Shown here one piece after another: positions 37,950-50,417 of a stretch of 64,000 nt of DNA. The stretch is from Sminthopsis crassicaudata (taxonomy: Eukaryota). The notes beneath the pieces are model-generated. The model was not told the DNA's origin. It searched no databases and worked only from the letters and a program-made list of their open reading frames with translations. The stretch lies in contig NC_133619.1 in the NCBI RefSeq assembly GCF_048593235.1, forward strand, positions 579,445,963 through 579,509,962, written 5' to 3'. The translations under genes and the position numbers were made by a program. How positions within the stretch are numbered: position 1 is the first letter of the stretch; each line of letters begins with the position of its first letter.

Positions 37950-38990
37950 ACCAATTAATATCTTTCCATCCCTATGTGAGTCTTCTCCATATCTTTCCAC
38001 GAATTTGTCACAGAGTGTCCCCAGATATCCCGAAGCTCTACTTTTCTTCTGACATGAAATTATCAGGGGTAGAATCTAACCTGTCATTACCTGACTCTTG
38101 TTGCATGACCCACCCATCTTCTCATCCCATTATACATTTCTTGCTTATAATTTTTACTCTGTTCTTTGTCAAAGTTCTTTGATTATATCTTACAGCCTTC
38201 GCATACCCACCATGCATCTCTTCCTTATCTTCTATGTGATAGTTAATTTTTAATAATTTAGAGACTTGAATTCCATGGCTTGATTCTATTCAGCAATGTT
38301 GGTATTTAAAAAGGTATGCCTTTGATTCCATGGAAAGTTTGTGGTCATTAATGGAACTTTGTAATTTCCCAAAGGCAACTTACTCCATTCTCCTCACACC
38401 CTCTTAAATTCTGGGGTCAATTCATTGTCTATCTGTATGGTCTGACTGTATATATACACTCATAGATAAGTTCTATAGATTTTCCATTCAAATGCTTGTC
38501 ATCATCTTTGTTCATTTGATTTTACTTGTGTGAATGTCCAAACCAAACTCTTTTGAATAGTTACAGAACTTTTCCTAGAGGCTTTGCAATATTCAAAGCA
38601 CTGTGACATACTATGGCAATCAATAAAATGCTATCCACAAACAAGAATGTTAGGAGGACTTTATCATCTATAGGTAAATCCTCTTCATCATGGACTCTGC
38701 AGGACTTCTTATAGTGGTAAACACCTGATTTTATGTTTTGCCTGATGTTTATGATCAGTGTTATTTCTGTTATATCTTTCAGAGACTCTTGATTGATTTT
38801 TGATGAATGAATGGGTGACACTTTGTTGGAAAGGACCTTTTAAAACAATATTTTGCTTTCCTGAATCAAATGCTTTTCTTATGAACAAAGAATAAAGACA
38901 ATGGGATCTTGTATTCTGTACAGATTTGAGTTAATTTCAAAATGCCAAAGATATGCACCATTATTGACTGTTGCTTCAGAGCCTTTTTTG
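37950..38990 (-). mobile_element. decayed RTE-clade LINE fragment
   Basis: ORF 38561-38821 gives a degenerate RT motif (LPIDDKVL..FLFVDSILLIA, compare LLFADDIVLI). Confidence 0.7.
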
Positions 38991-39030
38991 CCTTGCCAAG
39001 AACTAAATGTCTTGAAAATTAGAATTCCTG

Positions 39031-39170
39031 GGGGCAGCTAGGGGGCGCAGTGGATAGAGCACCAGCCTTGAATTAAGGAGGACCCAAGTTCAAATTTGGT
39101 CTCAGACACAACACTTCCTAGCTGTGTGACCCTGGGCAAGTCACTTAACTCCAGCCTCCGGGGGGGAAAA
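39031..39170 (+). mobile_element. WSINE1 with ~16 bp TSD
   Basis: TSD aaaattagaatt(c/g)ctg at 39015-30 and ~39171-86. Confidence 0.92.
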
Positions 39171-39492
39171 AAAATTAGAATTGCTGAATTAGAAAATAAT
39201 TGTTCAAAAAGAAAATAAAACAAATGGCCAGGAAAAGAGCTACCATATTTTAGCAAGTTATAAATGAAAATGGCTTAGAGTTCTGGAGAAACAGAATGCA
39301 AACTAAAAATAGAAAAATCCACTGATCATCTCCTGAAATAAAATAAAGCAAAACCAAAAGCTACCAGAAACATCAGAACCAAAATCCAGACTTTACAGGT
39401 AAAAGAAAAAAAAATACAGGTACTAAGAAGCTACAATCAGGATCACATATTTGGCAACTGCCAACAAATGGGAGAGTTTGCAATATAATATT

Positions 39493-39651
39493 CCCTTTCT
39501 CTATTTTATTCCTGTAAGCATCTAGATATATAAAATTTCCCCTAAGAATTGCTTTAGCTGCGTCCTGTAAATTTTGCTATGTTGCTCATTATTGTCATTT
39601 TCTTGGATGAAATTATCGATTGTTTCTATAGTTTATTGTTTCACCCACTCA
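39493..39651 (-). mobile_element. internal L1 ORF2 fragment with 13 bp TSD
   Basis: Encodes EWVKQ.TIETIDNFIQENDNNE...DAAKAILRGNFI (with a frameshift). Flanked by gcaatataatatt at 39480-92 and 39652-64. Confidence 0.8.
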
Positions 39652-40460
39652 GCAATATAATATTTCCAAAGAGAAAAAATAAAAACTTGGTATAACCAAA
39701 AAGATCTATCCAGCAAAATTAAGTATAATCCTGCCAGTGAAAAGCGGAACTTTCATGAAATAGAAGATTTTCAAACATTACTGCTGAAAAGATTGGAATT
39801 GAGTAGACATTTTAAAATGGAAACTCAGGAGTCAAGAGAAACAAAGGTTCAATTCTAAAAATCCAGCACCTCATGTCATAGAAGCAACTAGGTGGTGCAG
39901 AGGGTAGTGCTGGGGCCCTACAGTAGGGAAGGCCTGAGATACTTCCTAGCTGTATGATATTCTTGGCCAATCCTTTGTTTGCTTCAATTTCCTCCACAAT
40001 AAATTGGGAATAACAGCACCTGTATAAAAGGCTTGTTGTGGAGACAAAATAGTATGGGTAAAACTGTCCAAACCCCAGCAGGAGCTGGGCTCAAACGGAC
40101 CACTACAAATAAAATGTATTACATTTTGACTGGAAACAACTTGTTACAGACCTGGGAGTCATTTCTCAATTAGTACTCAATGGAGCAAGGATCGAAGTTA
40201 GGACAGGGCTGAAGAATAAAAAAGATGGCAAAGCATTTAAATAACTCTAAATGGACTTATTTAACGAAATTTTTGATTCTGAAGAATCTGGTAGGAAAAA
40301 GCTATCAACAGGCTACAATAATTTTACATGAAAGTGTAAGCAATTATTTATGATCACTTTGAGACATTCCAAAAGAACTTTATTTTTTAATTTTTAAATT
40401 TTTTTCCCTGTTGATTTCTTTTTCTTTCTTTCTTTTTTTTAAATTGACAAAACATATACA

Positions 40461-40584
40461 TATCGTCTCATTCAGCCCTGGGACCAAACCATGGATCCAT
40501 TTGGTCCCCGTAAATCTCTTCCGTTTAAATAAATTATTAAATGCTCTCTAATCTCTATCTTGCCTCACTTTCTGCGGCATTACA
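40461..40584 (+). mobile_element. R-U5 fragment of the same LTR family as 36155-36683
   Basis: Reverse complement of ~36155-36280 (ccaaaccatggatccatttgg...aataaattattaaat...cattaca). Confidence 0.8.
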
Positions 40585-41249
40585 TAACAACCAAAAGAAC
40601 TTTAAAAACAATTTTCCTAGCAAACATAAATGATTTTACAAAGTGTCACCCAACAAGCTTTAGAATAAAAGCTTCTTTCCAGAATCTGGTGGAAAATGGT
40701 GAAGATCGTCCTCCCAGCCTAAAAGAGAGAGGCAGCACACAGAGTAGCTACAGAATAGCAGGGCTTCAAAAATGTCCTTTAAGCTCCAGAAGACCGGGAA
40801 TGACTTAGCAGTGTAAGGAGATCATTTGAAGAAGGGACAGCTGGAGGAGTCCTCCCAGCTCCCGGGGTCCAACACTTGGTTTACGGGAATTTGCTAAGAC
40901 TCGCACACCCTCCTGCGCACGCACCATCACAAGAGACAATGATCTCGAGGGGGAAGGGGAGGAGGAGGGAGGAGGGAACTAACGGTAATTATTAAGCGTC
41001 TACTGTATACAAGGAATATTGCTAGGAACATAATGTGTGTTGTATACACGTACACATACATATAATATATATGTACACACAGAGAAATTTCATTCCTGCC
41101 CTTGCTCCCAAGAAGTATACAGTTGTCTGGAAACCGGAGGGACTTTCTGGAGACGGTTCCCTAGAATTCTGCTATGGAAGAAAAGAAGCAAATTCAAAGG
41201 ATTAAGAGCAAAAGCAAAGAACCCCCAACACTTTCCCCAACCCCTTCCT

Positions 41250-42330
41250 TTGACGTCACGTGAAACGGGGGGGGGAGGGAAGGGCTGCTCCGCCTGATTC
41301 CTACTGGCTACTTCTGATCACGTGGGCCTGAGGAGACAGAAGACTCAAAGCACTCTCTGAGGACCCCAGGCAATCTAGTGGGATAGGAAGAAAGAAGAGG
41401 AGAAAAAGGACCCTTCTATTGGCTTCTGATTGTCACGTGGCAACAAGAAGTCCCAGGACCTGTTATTGGTTGCATGCGTCACGTGAACAGGGGAGGTAGG
41501 GATTGTTATCAGCTTCCCAGAGAGACATGGGAAGAGGGGAAAAAGCCACTTAATGACGGCCATAGAGCCCAAGGAGGAAGGAAAGACCTCGAGTAACGGG
41601 AACATTCTATTGGTTTATCGGGTGTCACATGGCTATAAGCTAGTCACATGAGAGTGGGGGTAGGGTGAGGCCGGCTGGGGAGGGTCGGGGAGAGTTTCCG
41701 GCACCGGAAACAGATCGCCTGCCGATTCTGCCTGCTGCGGTGGCGGCAGAGCGGCCGGTGGGAGCCTGCAGGCCGCGGTCTCGGGTCATGTGACGAGAAA
41801 GGGCTCCTGTTGGACGCAGATCTCCTAGATCTGAGCTCCGGAGCCGGTCCCGGCCATGGGGTGCTGCTACAGCAGTGACAACGAGGACTCGGACCAGGTG
41901 CAACCACAGTGTGGGCGGGGGAGGCCGGGAGTCTCTAAGGGAGACGGGGGCGAGGGGAAAGGAGTGGGCTCATAAGAGGCCTCGGTAAGGGACCGAAGCC
42001 GTCTAGGGTCTTGAAGAGCTGGAGGGAAAGTCTGGGAAGAGTCTTGAGAAGTTGGGAGTGCGGGTATGGAATTGAAACTGATAGAGGAGGCCTTGGAGTG
42101 GAGGCAAGGATCCGGGAGCAGAGGCTTCTGGGGGGCATGAAGGGATTTAGCCTGGGAGGTGGAGCGGTGCGTCTCCTAGAAGCGCTATCAGTGGGGAAAG
42201 AAGGAAGCAATAGTTGACATATTTAGGTTTACGGTATTCTTTATTACTAATCGTGGTGGGGGTGGGGGGGTAAAGATTTAGGAGTCTGGGAAGGCGAATC
42301 AGGCTTGGAGGATTGTGGGAATTGAAAGGC
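41250..42330 (+). promoter_or_regulatory. LAMTOR1: CpG-island promoter of LAMTOR1 with CLEAR/E-box and CCAAT array
   Basis: Seven CAC(G/A)TG boxes, mostly in GTCAC context, between 41255 and 41794, several ATTGG boxes, and a CpG-dense first exon. Confidence 0.85.
41856..41897 (+). CDS. LAMTOR1: LAMTOR1 exon 1 (MGCCYSSDNEDSDQ)
   Basis: p18 N-terminus with myristoylation G2 and palmitoylation C3/C4. Kozak GCCATGG and donor GT at 41898. Confidence 0.97.
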
Positions 42331-42999
42331 ATTCCTGGAAGGATAATTGGATTTGGAAGAGGACTTGGAAGGAGAGGAATAGATGAACTAAGATTCTAGG
42401 TGGGATAGGAGATGTGGAGATGAAACAGAAGAAGATAGAGCAGAGATGAAGACCCTTCGTGTATTTATTTGGGAGAATTGGAAGCGTGGAGGAAGGGGAA
42501 GAAAGATTGGGAGTGAAAAGAAAGGAAAGGGGACAATCATGGGTTGTGAAATGTTAAAAAATAGAAAAAATCAAATGGAAGGGAAGGAAACTGAAGTAGG
42601 GAATAGAGTGAAGAACTTGAGATATTGGAGTTATAAGGCTTCTGGTTGAAGAGATTAGGTCAGGAGAGTGTTCCAACACTATTGGAATTTTCTTGGCAAA
42701 AATACTGGAGTAGTTTGCAGTTTCTTTCTCCAATTCATTTGACAGATGAGGAAATTGAGGTAAACAGTGTTATATAGCTAGTATCTGAGGCTGGATTTGA
42801 ACTGACTTCAAGAAGCCTTCAGGAGTAAATTTTTTACTTTTTCCTGATAGAATTTTTAATCATGCTTCCTACTTGGCTCTTCTAGGACTCCCCCCCCCCC
42901 CCCCCTTTTAACTTCCTAAGCCATTCCTTCCCTGTCAGGAGAGTTTTCTACTGAGAAAACAAAGGTCATTCGCTACTTTTCTCTATTCTGCATTTCAAA

Positions 43000-44230
43000 A
43001 TTCTCATTTTTTATTTTTTCCCCCTCTCTTTTCTTTTAAAACTCTTTTGCTGCTGACCCTAATGAATTTACTAGGCCAGCTGCTGATCTCAGGCCCTTAA
43101 TCATCTCATCTCTAATTCTCATTGTCATATTATCAATTGTGTCTTTCCCTGCTGCCTACAAACATGCCCAAGTCTTTGACATCCTTAAAAAATTTTCACT
43201 GGGGGCAGCTAGGTGGTGCAATGGATAGGGCACCAGCCTTGAATTCAGGAGGACCAGAGTTCAAATCTGGTCTCAGACACTTAACACTTCCTAGCTGTGT
43301 GACCCTGGGCAAGTCACTTAACTCCAGCTTCAGGGGGGGGGGGGAATTTCACTGAACTCTGCCATCATCTCACAAGATAATTTTTCCTTCTCATCTGAAT
43401 CACTAATAAAAGTTTTTTTAACCTGTCTTCCATCCTCCTCATTCTACTAAAACATTTTGGAAATTCCTGATGTTAAGGATTTCACATATCTTGTGGCTTT
43501 TATTTATTTATTCTTCTTGACCCATTTGGATTGATTCCCTCCTCCTGGATGTTCTTTCTTCCTTGGATTATCCTGACAAGAATCTCTCATGCTTTCCTTT
43601 CACCCATTAGCACCTTGTTGAATCATAAATGTCCTAACTTCTTATGTTGTGGATAACACTGAAATTAATTTTTTGACTTTTCCCCCCTTACATTCTCTAT
43701 CAGATATTTCCCATCAGCTCCCAAGTAGGGATTTAATTTCTATTCAGATGACTTGCAGATCTGTATATCCAGTCTTAATTTGTCTTTTCAGGACCAGTTT
43801 CTCATCCTTGTCTGTCAGTTGAACATTTTCAACTAGATATTCTTAAGCATCTTAAGTCCAATACTTCCAAAATTCATTATCTTTACTTTCCCATGTCCCC
43901 ACCTTCTAAGGCCCCTACTTCCTAATACTCCTTTTTCTGTCCACAGTATCCTTTCCATGCTCCCCATCATTCAGGGTTGCAACCTTGGTCTTTCCAAACT
44001 TTCCCTCATCCCACCATATCTAATTCATTACCAAGTCTTGTTAATTCTTCCTCCACATCTTTCCCATTTATTCCTTTTCTGTACTCATACATATTTCTAT
44101 AGAACATATTTCTCCTAATCAAATGTAAGTTTGACTAAAGGGACTACTTTATTTTAAACTCTGGATCCCCAACACCCAGGACAATGCCTGACATAATTGA
44201 CCCTTAATAATGCTTGTTGAATAAATAGAG
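43000..44230 (+). mobile_element. L2 LINE 3' region (ancient), interrupted by WSINE1
   Basis: Pyrimidine-rich L2 ORF2-like sequence ending in the L2 tail (aatgcctgacataattgacccttaataatgcttgttgaataaat). Confidence 0.6.
43202..43344 (+). mobile_element. WSINE1 with G12 tail
   Basis: Full body with TSD aat(t)ttcactg on both sides. Confidence 0.92.
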
Positions 44231-46256
44231 CTACTAAGTAGCAGAACAAAACTAGGATCCAGGTCTCCTGATTTTTAGGCCAATGTTATTCTACCATAGA
44301 AGCATTAATTAAAATATGACTTTAATGCCCCCCCTTGTGGAAGAAGATTGTTATATAAATAATTTTAATGACTAGAATAGAGGTTAACAAGGATTTGAGA
44401 AATGGATATAGGAGCAATGTAGAGGAATCTGGGAACAGAGAAAGTGAATTTAGGGGAACAGGTATCTGGAAGGAAGCAGAAACCAGGAGGGTTGCTTCAT
44501 TCAACTTTGGAAAAACTGAAACAGAGAGAACAGCCTAGGGCTGGGAGGATGAATCTCAAAGGGAAGCATATTTGTAGAATATGCCCTTTCCCAGGATATG
44601 TGGGGTTTGAGCCTTACAAGGGAATTTTGAGAAGAACTGGAGAGCTGAGGCTTGCATGGAACAGATCTCAAGTCTTAGATTCTGTTATTTCTGTTCCTGA
44701 CCTTTCAAGAATTAATTCCCTAGTATAAGTATTTCTACCTTATCACATGGCTAGTTGTATCTCCTTTTTGTGTTGATATGATCATAGATGTAGAGTTGGA
44801 AAGAATATGGTTCAATCCCCTTGTTTTGTTGTTGAGTCATTTTGAGACATGTCACATTCTTGCATTTGGATTTTGGTTTTTTTGGGGGGGAGGGCAAGAT
44901 CCTTAAGTGGTTTGCCATTTCCTTTTGCAATTCATTTTACAGATGAGGAAATTGAGGTAAATAGACCTTGAGTAAATGTTGGCCTTCCCTGGGGGGGCTC
45001 TCTTTATTTTTAGCTGCTCATCACTTGTCTTAGGGATTGATCTCTGGAGAATTCCTTCAAGTAAAACTTTGGACAACTTGCTTTTGATCTCTTTTTCCCC
45101 TAGATGTTGCTGGTCATGGGAAATTTGATCGCTTTCTGTGGCAGCCTGTTTCACTGAAAATCAGATTGTTCTTTATGGTGAACCAAAATGTGCATTTTTG
45201 TGACTTCTATTTGATTCTACTATTGCTTTCTGAGGATGTAGAAACTAAGTCTGTCCCTCCGAGGACAGTTCTGTAGATATTAAAGGGGGAAATTCCATGC
45301 ACTTTGAGTCTTCCCCTTGTCCTAGCTAAACATCTCTAAACCTTTAAACTTAACATATAATCTGAACTCCCTACTCAGTCTTTGTCACTCTTTTGGACAT
45401 ATGGAGAGAGACAAGGCAGAGATCAGTATAACTCTCACCTCCCCAATCTTCTGAACACTGATCAATGGAAGAAGCATTAATTTTTGTTATGCTGACACTG
45501 CTATCTCACGTTGAGATTGTAATCACCTAAATTGTTTCATATAAACTGATGGCAATCTAAATATATTGTAAGGATTTTTTTTTTTTTTTGCACTTGTTTT
45601 GCATCTGTATGCAATTTACTCTAAGTTTCAGTTATTTAGATTTGATCTCATATGACATCTAGAGCCTCAGTAATGGTCTTTCCTTTTTTCCTAAGATGGT
45701 GAAAAAAGACTAGGAAAATTCTGTCTAAAGCTGATTCTGAGGGAACTCTGATAATTTTCTTCTTATCTGACCAATTCTAGTTTGAAGCTTCTAATCCCTT
45801 GTCCTTATAGCCTTTCATTGTTCCTACTACCACCATTAAACAAGCAAAGAAATACTTTGTTAATCACCTGATTTCTCTCTGTAGAGCACCAGAACATGCT
45901 GTTCTTTGCTTGATAGGTTTAGGTAACATTCCCTATTCTTATGGAGAATAATAGGGGGGAAAACATACATAGAGACAGCTCATTCACATTAAGTGTACAG
46001 AGTAGTGTTCTGTGAGGTCCAATGAAGATTTTCCTTTTGAATATTATTCTCTTCTTCATCCTTATTCTTTAAGCTAGAATTGATTATTTATGAGATAAAG
46101 AGCAAAGTTAAAAAAAAAAATACAACAGTGCCATTACACTGTTGGCCAACAAACATTTATTATATACTGGGCTAAGTGCAGAGGATACAAAATACAGTTC
46201 CTGAGTTCAGGGAGTTTACAGTCTACATGGGGAGACGACGAGCAAACAACTATTAA

Positions 46257-46258
<2 letters not shown>

Positions 46259-46320
<62 letters not shown>
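46259..46320. repeat. (GT)31 microsatellite
   Basis: Perfect dinucleotide run in LAMTOR1 intron 1. Confidence 0.98.
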
Positions 46321-46323
<3 letters not shown>

Positions 46324-47774
46324 TGAGAGTAGTCTCAGAGGATAGGAACTAAGATTAAGGAGCATTGGGAAAGTACTAAGAAACCATCATTTTAGATAAA
46401 AAAAATTGAACTTATAAAAATGTCTATTGAACAAGCATTGGAAAGAGCTAGGTAAATAACATTCACATGAACACTTTGAGCATTTTGTCATTGACAAATT
46501 CCAAAAGTCTACATAACATGCCCTTTACCAGTCAGTTGGTGCACATTTATTAATATTAAACATCTACTCTGTGCTAAGTGCTGGGCATACCAAAAAAGCA
46601 AAAGACAGACCCTGCCCTCAAGGAGTTCACAATCTAATGAAGGAAAACTCACATAAAAGGAAGCTGGGTAGATACCCAAACCAGAGGTGTGATGAATCCC
46701 AGAGAGGCTGCCCTGAGCACTCTCCTTTCAGAGGAGTGCTCTAATCTGATCAGAGGTAGGAAAGGACCCCAATGGTGTGAGGTACTGATGGAGTTTCAAG
46801 CTTGGTGAGGAGGTTCCTGGGAACATACAATGAAGTTGAGAGGAGTGCAGCAGGGTGGGAATGACCTACGTAATAGCTTTCTTATTGTTTTTTTTCTTCT
46901 TCCACAAACTATAAAAAACTACTAAAATTATTTCCTTCACTGCATTAATCTTTGGTATCTTCTTACAGGATCGCAAAATTGTATTTGCAAAAAAAATTAG
47001 GAATATTTAGTAAAAAATATTGCATTGTGTGTCAGGAAACCTGGGTTCATATTCTGATTTTAACATTTAATTGACATGTGACAAGGCAAGTCTCTCTAAT
47101 CATGTTTCTTTATACTCATCATTAAGATGAAGATGAACACTTGTACTATCTATCTCACAGGTTTGTTTTGGGGAAAGTGCTTTTACTTTGGACCTCTCCA
47201 ATTTGATAAATATGAAACTGACCCGCAGACAGAGAAAGCATAGCTGAGCTTTGATTCATGAAATTTAAACTGTTCAGTGATTCAAGAAAACTTTTCCTAC
47301 TAGCTCCAGCCTTATCCCCAAGAAATGATTATTTAGGTTCTACTTGAATTTCTACCATGCAATGAACTTAAAACCTCATGAACTCAATCCTACATTTATT
47401 ATGAAACAACTTATTCTATTTTTGCACAACTTTTATGGTTAGCTTTTCCTTATATGAAGCCAATTTTCCTTTGCAATTTTTCACCCACCAATTCTAGCTA
47501 TGTCTTCTGTATCTAAGCAATTCTATGTGAGGTTGGAGGAGACATGGATATATTAGAAGGCAATAGGACCACAGTCTAAAGAGGGAGATGAAAAGGGTGA
47601 TAAACTAGATTGGAATGGAATAAGATCACTTATGAATGTAGAGAGGTTAGCTTTGCAGGGAGATGTCCTATTGCAGTCTTTCCCTTTAAATTAGGATGTA
47701 AGGCATTTGTTAAGCATCCTATGCCAGACTGTAAGCTGGGAATACAAGTACTCACAGTGAAGACAATCCCTACT

Positions 47775-47917
47775 CTTTTTTTTCATGAGGCTGGGGTTAA
47801 GTGATTTGCCCAAGGTCACACAACTAGGAAGTGTTAAGTGTCTGAGACCAGATTTGAACTCAGGTCCTCCTGAATTCGGGGCTGGTGCTCTATCCACTGT
47901 GCCACCTAGCTATGCCC
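47775..47917 (-). mobile_element. WSINE1
   Basis: Full body with an A tail. Confidence 0.9.
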
Positions 47918-48550
47918 ATCAATCCCTACTCTTAAGGAGCTTGCATTCTAATGAGGAAAACAACAGGGAAGGGAAACTTGGGTAACTGGGTAGGAATGTC
48001 AATATAGTGATGTGTCAGGAAGGGCCAAGGGGATCCATGGAGAAGTGGGGAAGTGAACGTTGGCTGGGAATGCAGGTGACATAATGAGGGAGATGCATAC
48101 CTCTGAGCTGGATATTTCTTAGGTTATAAAAAGCAGAAGAGGAACTTTGGCCAGGACCATGATGGTTTTGTCAACTATCTGAAGGGCTGTGATGTGGAAG
48201 GATGATCAGACATTTTCTGTTTGTCTCCAGAGGGCAGATCTAGGAGCAATGTGAAAAATTCCCCAAGCAAGATAACATCCTCACAGCATTGGCCCAGTGG
48301 GCATCATGAGGAGTGAGTTACTGGAAGCCTTGAAGTAGAAGCTCGGGGATCATTTATCAAGGCTGTTATAGAGGGGATAGGTTCTAGGACAAAGTTGGCT
48401 TCCTCCCAAGACTTCTTCCAACTTGGAGATTGAGGACTAGCTCAGATTGGGGGCATCACAGCCAAATGGGATTTGGGGGTAAGGGGAAGTTAAGATTCTT
48501 TGTGTGCTTCCTATCCAAGCTGATGCCCATCCTCCCCTGTTCCTATTTAG

Positions 48551-48696
48551 GATCGAGAGGAACGGAAGCTGCTTCTGGATCCCAGCAGTCCCCCAACCAA
48601 GACCCTAAATGGAGCAGAGCCCAACTACCACAGCCTGCCTGCCGCTCGTACAGATGAGCAGGCCCTGTTGTCTTCAATCCTTGCCAAGACGGCCAG
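48551..48696 (+). CDS. LAMTOR1: LAMTOR1 exon 2 ([49 protein letters not shown])
   Basis: 146 nt, AG/GT flanks, dileucine lysosomal motif. Confidence 0.97.
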
Positions 48697-49430
48697 GTCA
48701 GAGTGGAAGCAGCTGTGACTGCTCTAGCTCCCTGTAGGATAAGGAATATTCTTTTTCTGTGCTCAATTCAGAGAAACTCTTCCCTAACTCTACCTCCTTT
48801 GCATCTCATAGAATAATTTCTTCTTCCTAAAGCATTTACACGTGACGTATCATACCTTTACAAGTAGGTTTCTTATCCCTTTACTGGTCTGTGTGATTGA
48901 GAGTAGATCCTTTCCAAACATCTCCTTCGGGGCTGAGAACTTAAGCATTGTTTAGCTGCAATAGTAAATCCTTGATCACTTGGATGTTCAATAAATGGGA
49001 CTATAGAGAAAGGCTTCAGTTCTACCCTGGTGAAGAGCAAGACTTCAACCATTTTATGTGTCATAGATCACATTGGTAATGTGGTAAAGACTATAGATAA
49101 CTCAGATATGTGTTAGGTTAGTGATTTTATTTTTTTTAATATCCTAGTTCTCAGAGCACTGAAATTTTATCCATGGACTCGGGTTACTCTTACTCTAGAG
49201 CCTAAAGAATCCCTTGGTGGATGTATGGGAGAGGAAGGTAGGCCCCTGATCCATCTCTCACGCAGTCTAGAGGAATCGAATAGATATCTTTCTAGTCCTC
49301 TTGCCTACCCTGCTCTGATGGATGTACTAATGAATTGAGGTGAACTGTTGGATTCCACAGAGATTTCAGGATTTTTTCATCCATTTTTAATCAACCTTGC
49401 TGAAGTCTCAGTTACTATTTTTTTCCCTAG

Positions 49431-49508
49431 CAACATTATTGATGTCTCGGCAGCAGATTCCCAGGGCATGGAGCAGCATGAGTACATGGACCGAGCGAGG
49501 CAATACAG
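49431..49508 (+). CDS. LAMTOR1: LAMTOR1 exon 3 ([26 protein letters not shown])
   Basis: 78 nt, phase 2/2, matches human. Confidence 0.97.
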
Positions 49509-49784
49509 GTGAGGGGAATAGGAAAAAAGTAGTGTTGGCTTCCTTTCTAGTCTCTCTGTCCCTTCTGCCCTAGGTTCTGAAATGCCTCAAGTCTTTGAAA
49601 ATGAATTGTCCTGGGCAATGGGGGACACATTTGGTTTACATCTGACCAAGGAAACAAGCAAAAGTGAGGGTTTCCATAAGGTCATACAGAGTCATGCTAA
49701 AGTCTGGAGCAGGAGCTAGACTGATGCCATTCTCGATGACTATAGAAAAGAGCATGTACCTTCTCTGATGTTTTTCCCATACAG

Positions 49785-49911
49785 TACTCGCCTGGCTGTC
49801 CTCAGCAGTAGCTTGACTCACTGGAAGAAGCTGCCACCACTGCCATCACTCACCAGCCAGCCCCACCAAGTGCTTGCCAGTGACCCTATCCCCTTTGCAG
49901 ATTTGCAGCAG
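49785..49911 (+). CDS. LAMTOR1: LAMTOR1 exon 4 ([42 protein letters not shown])
   Basis: 127 nt, AG/GT flanks. Confidence 0.97.
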
Positions 49912-50324
49912 GTGAGATTGTCTTTCACTTCGCTTTTTGGTTCCTCACCTAGACCAACTCAGTTTCTACCCAAAAAGATTCCCTTTTCCTTTTCATCCAT
50001 GCTGTTCCAATTTCCTGGACACAAGATTAGACATTGAGGTCTTATTAGGAGAGGGATGTTTTCCTTCATCTGAGAGTTCTCTTCCTTGGTAGTCTTGGGG
50101 AGGCAGGTAGAGAAGGGGATAGTACCAGCAATGAGGAAAGACATGGTTGGAAAAGGGATATTGCAAACCCTGGCTATACTATATACCCTGCCCTTGCTTC
50201 CTCTTTTTGCTTTTTTTTTCCTTTTTGGAAATACCCTATGCCCCAGTTTTTCTCATGTATTTCATTCACTACTCTACTGGACAGTATTTGTATTTTTATA
50301 ACTGCCTTTATCTTATAATCACAG

Positions 50325-50417
50325 GTCTCCAGAATAGCTGCTTATGCCTATAGTGCACTTTCTCAGATCCGGGTCGACGCAAAAGAGGAGTTGGTTGTGC
50401 AGTTTGGGGTCCCATGA
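50325..50417 (+). CDS. LAMTOR1: LAMTOR1 exon 5 ([30 protein letters not shown])
   Basis: 93 nt ending in TGA. Total 486 nt = 161 aa. Confidence 0.97.
   Translation, partial: VSRIAAYAYSALSQIRVDAKEELVVQFGVP

Noticed and set aside
41935-42217. ORFs on both strands in LAMTOR1 intron 1
   Set aside because: Low-complexity GC-skewed island sequence with no domain.
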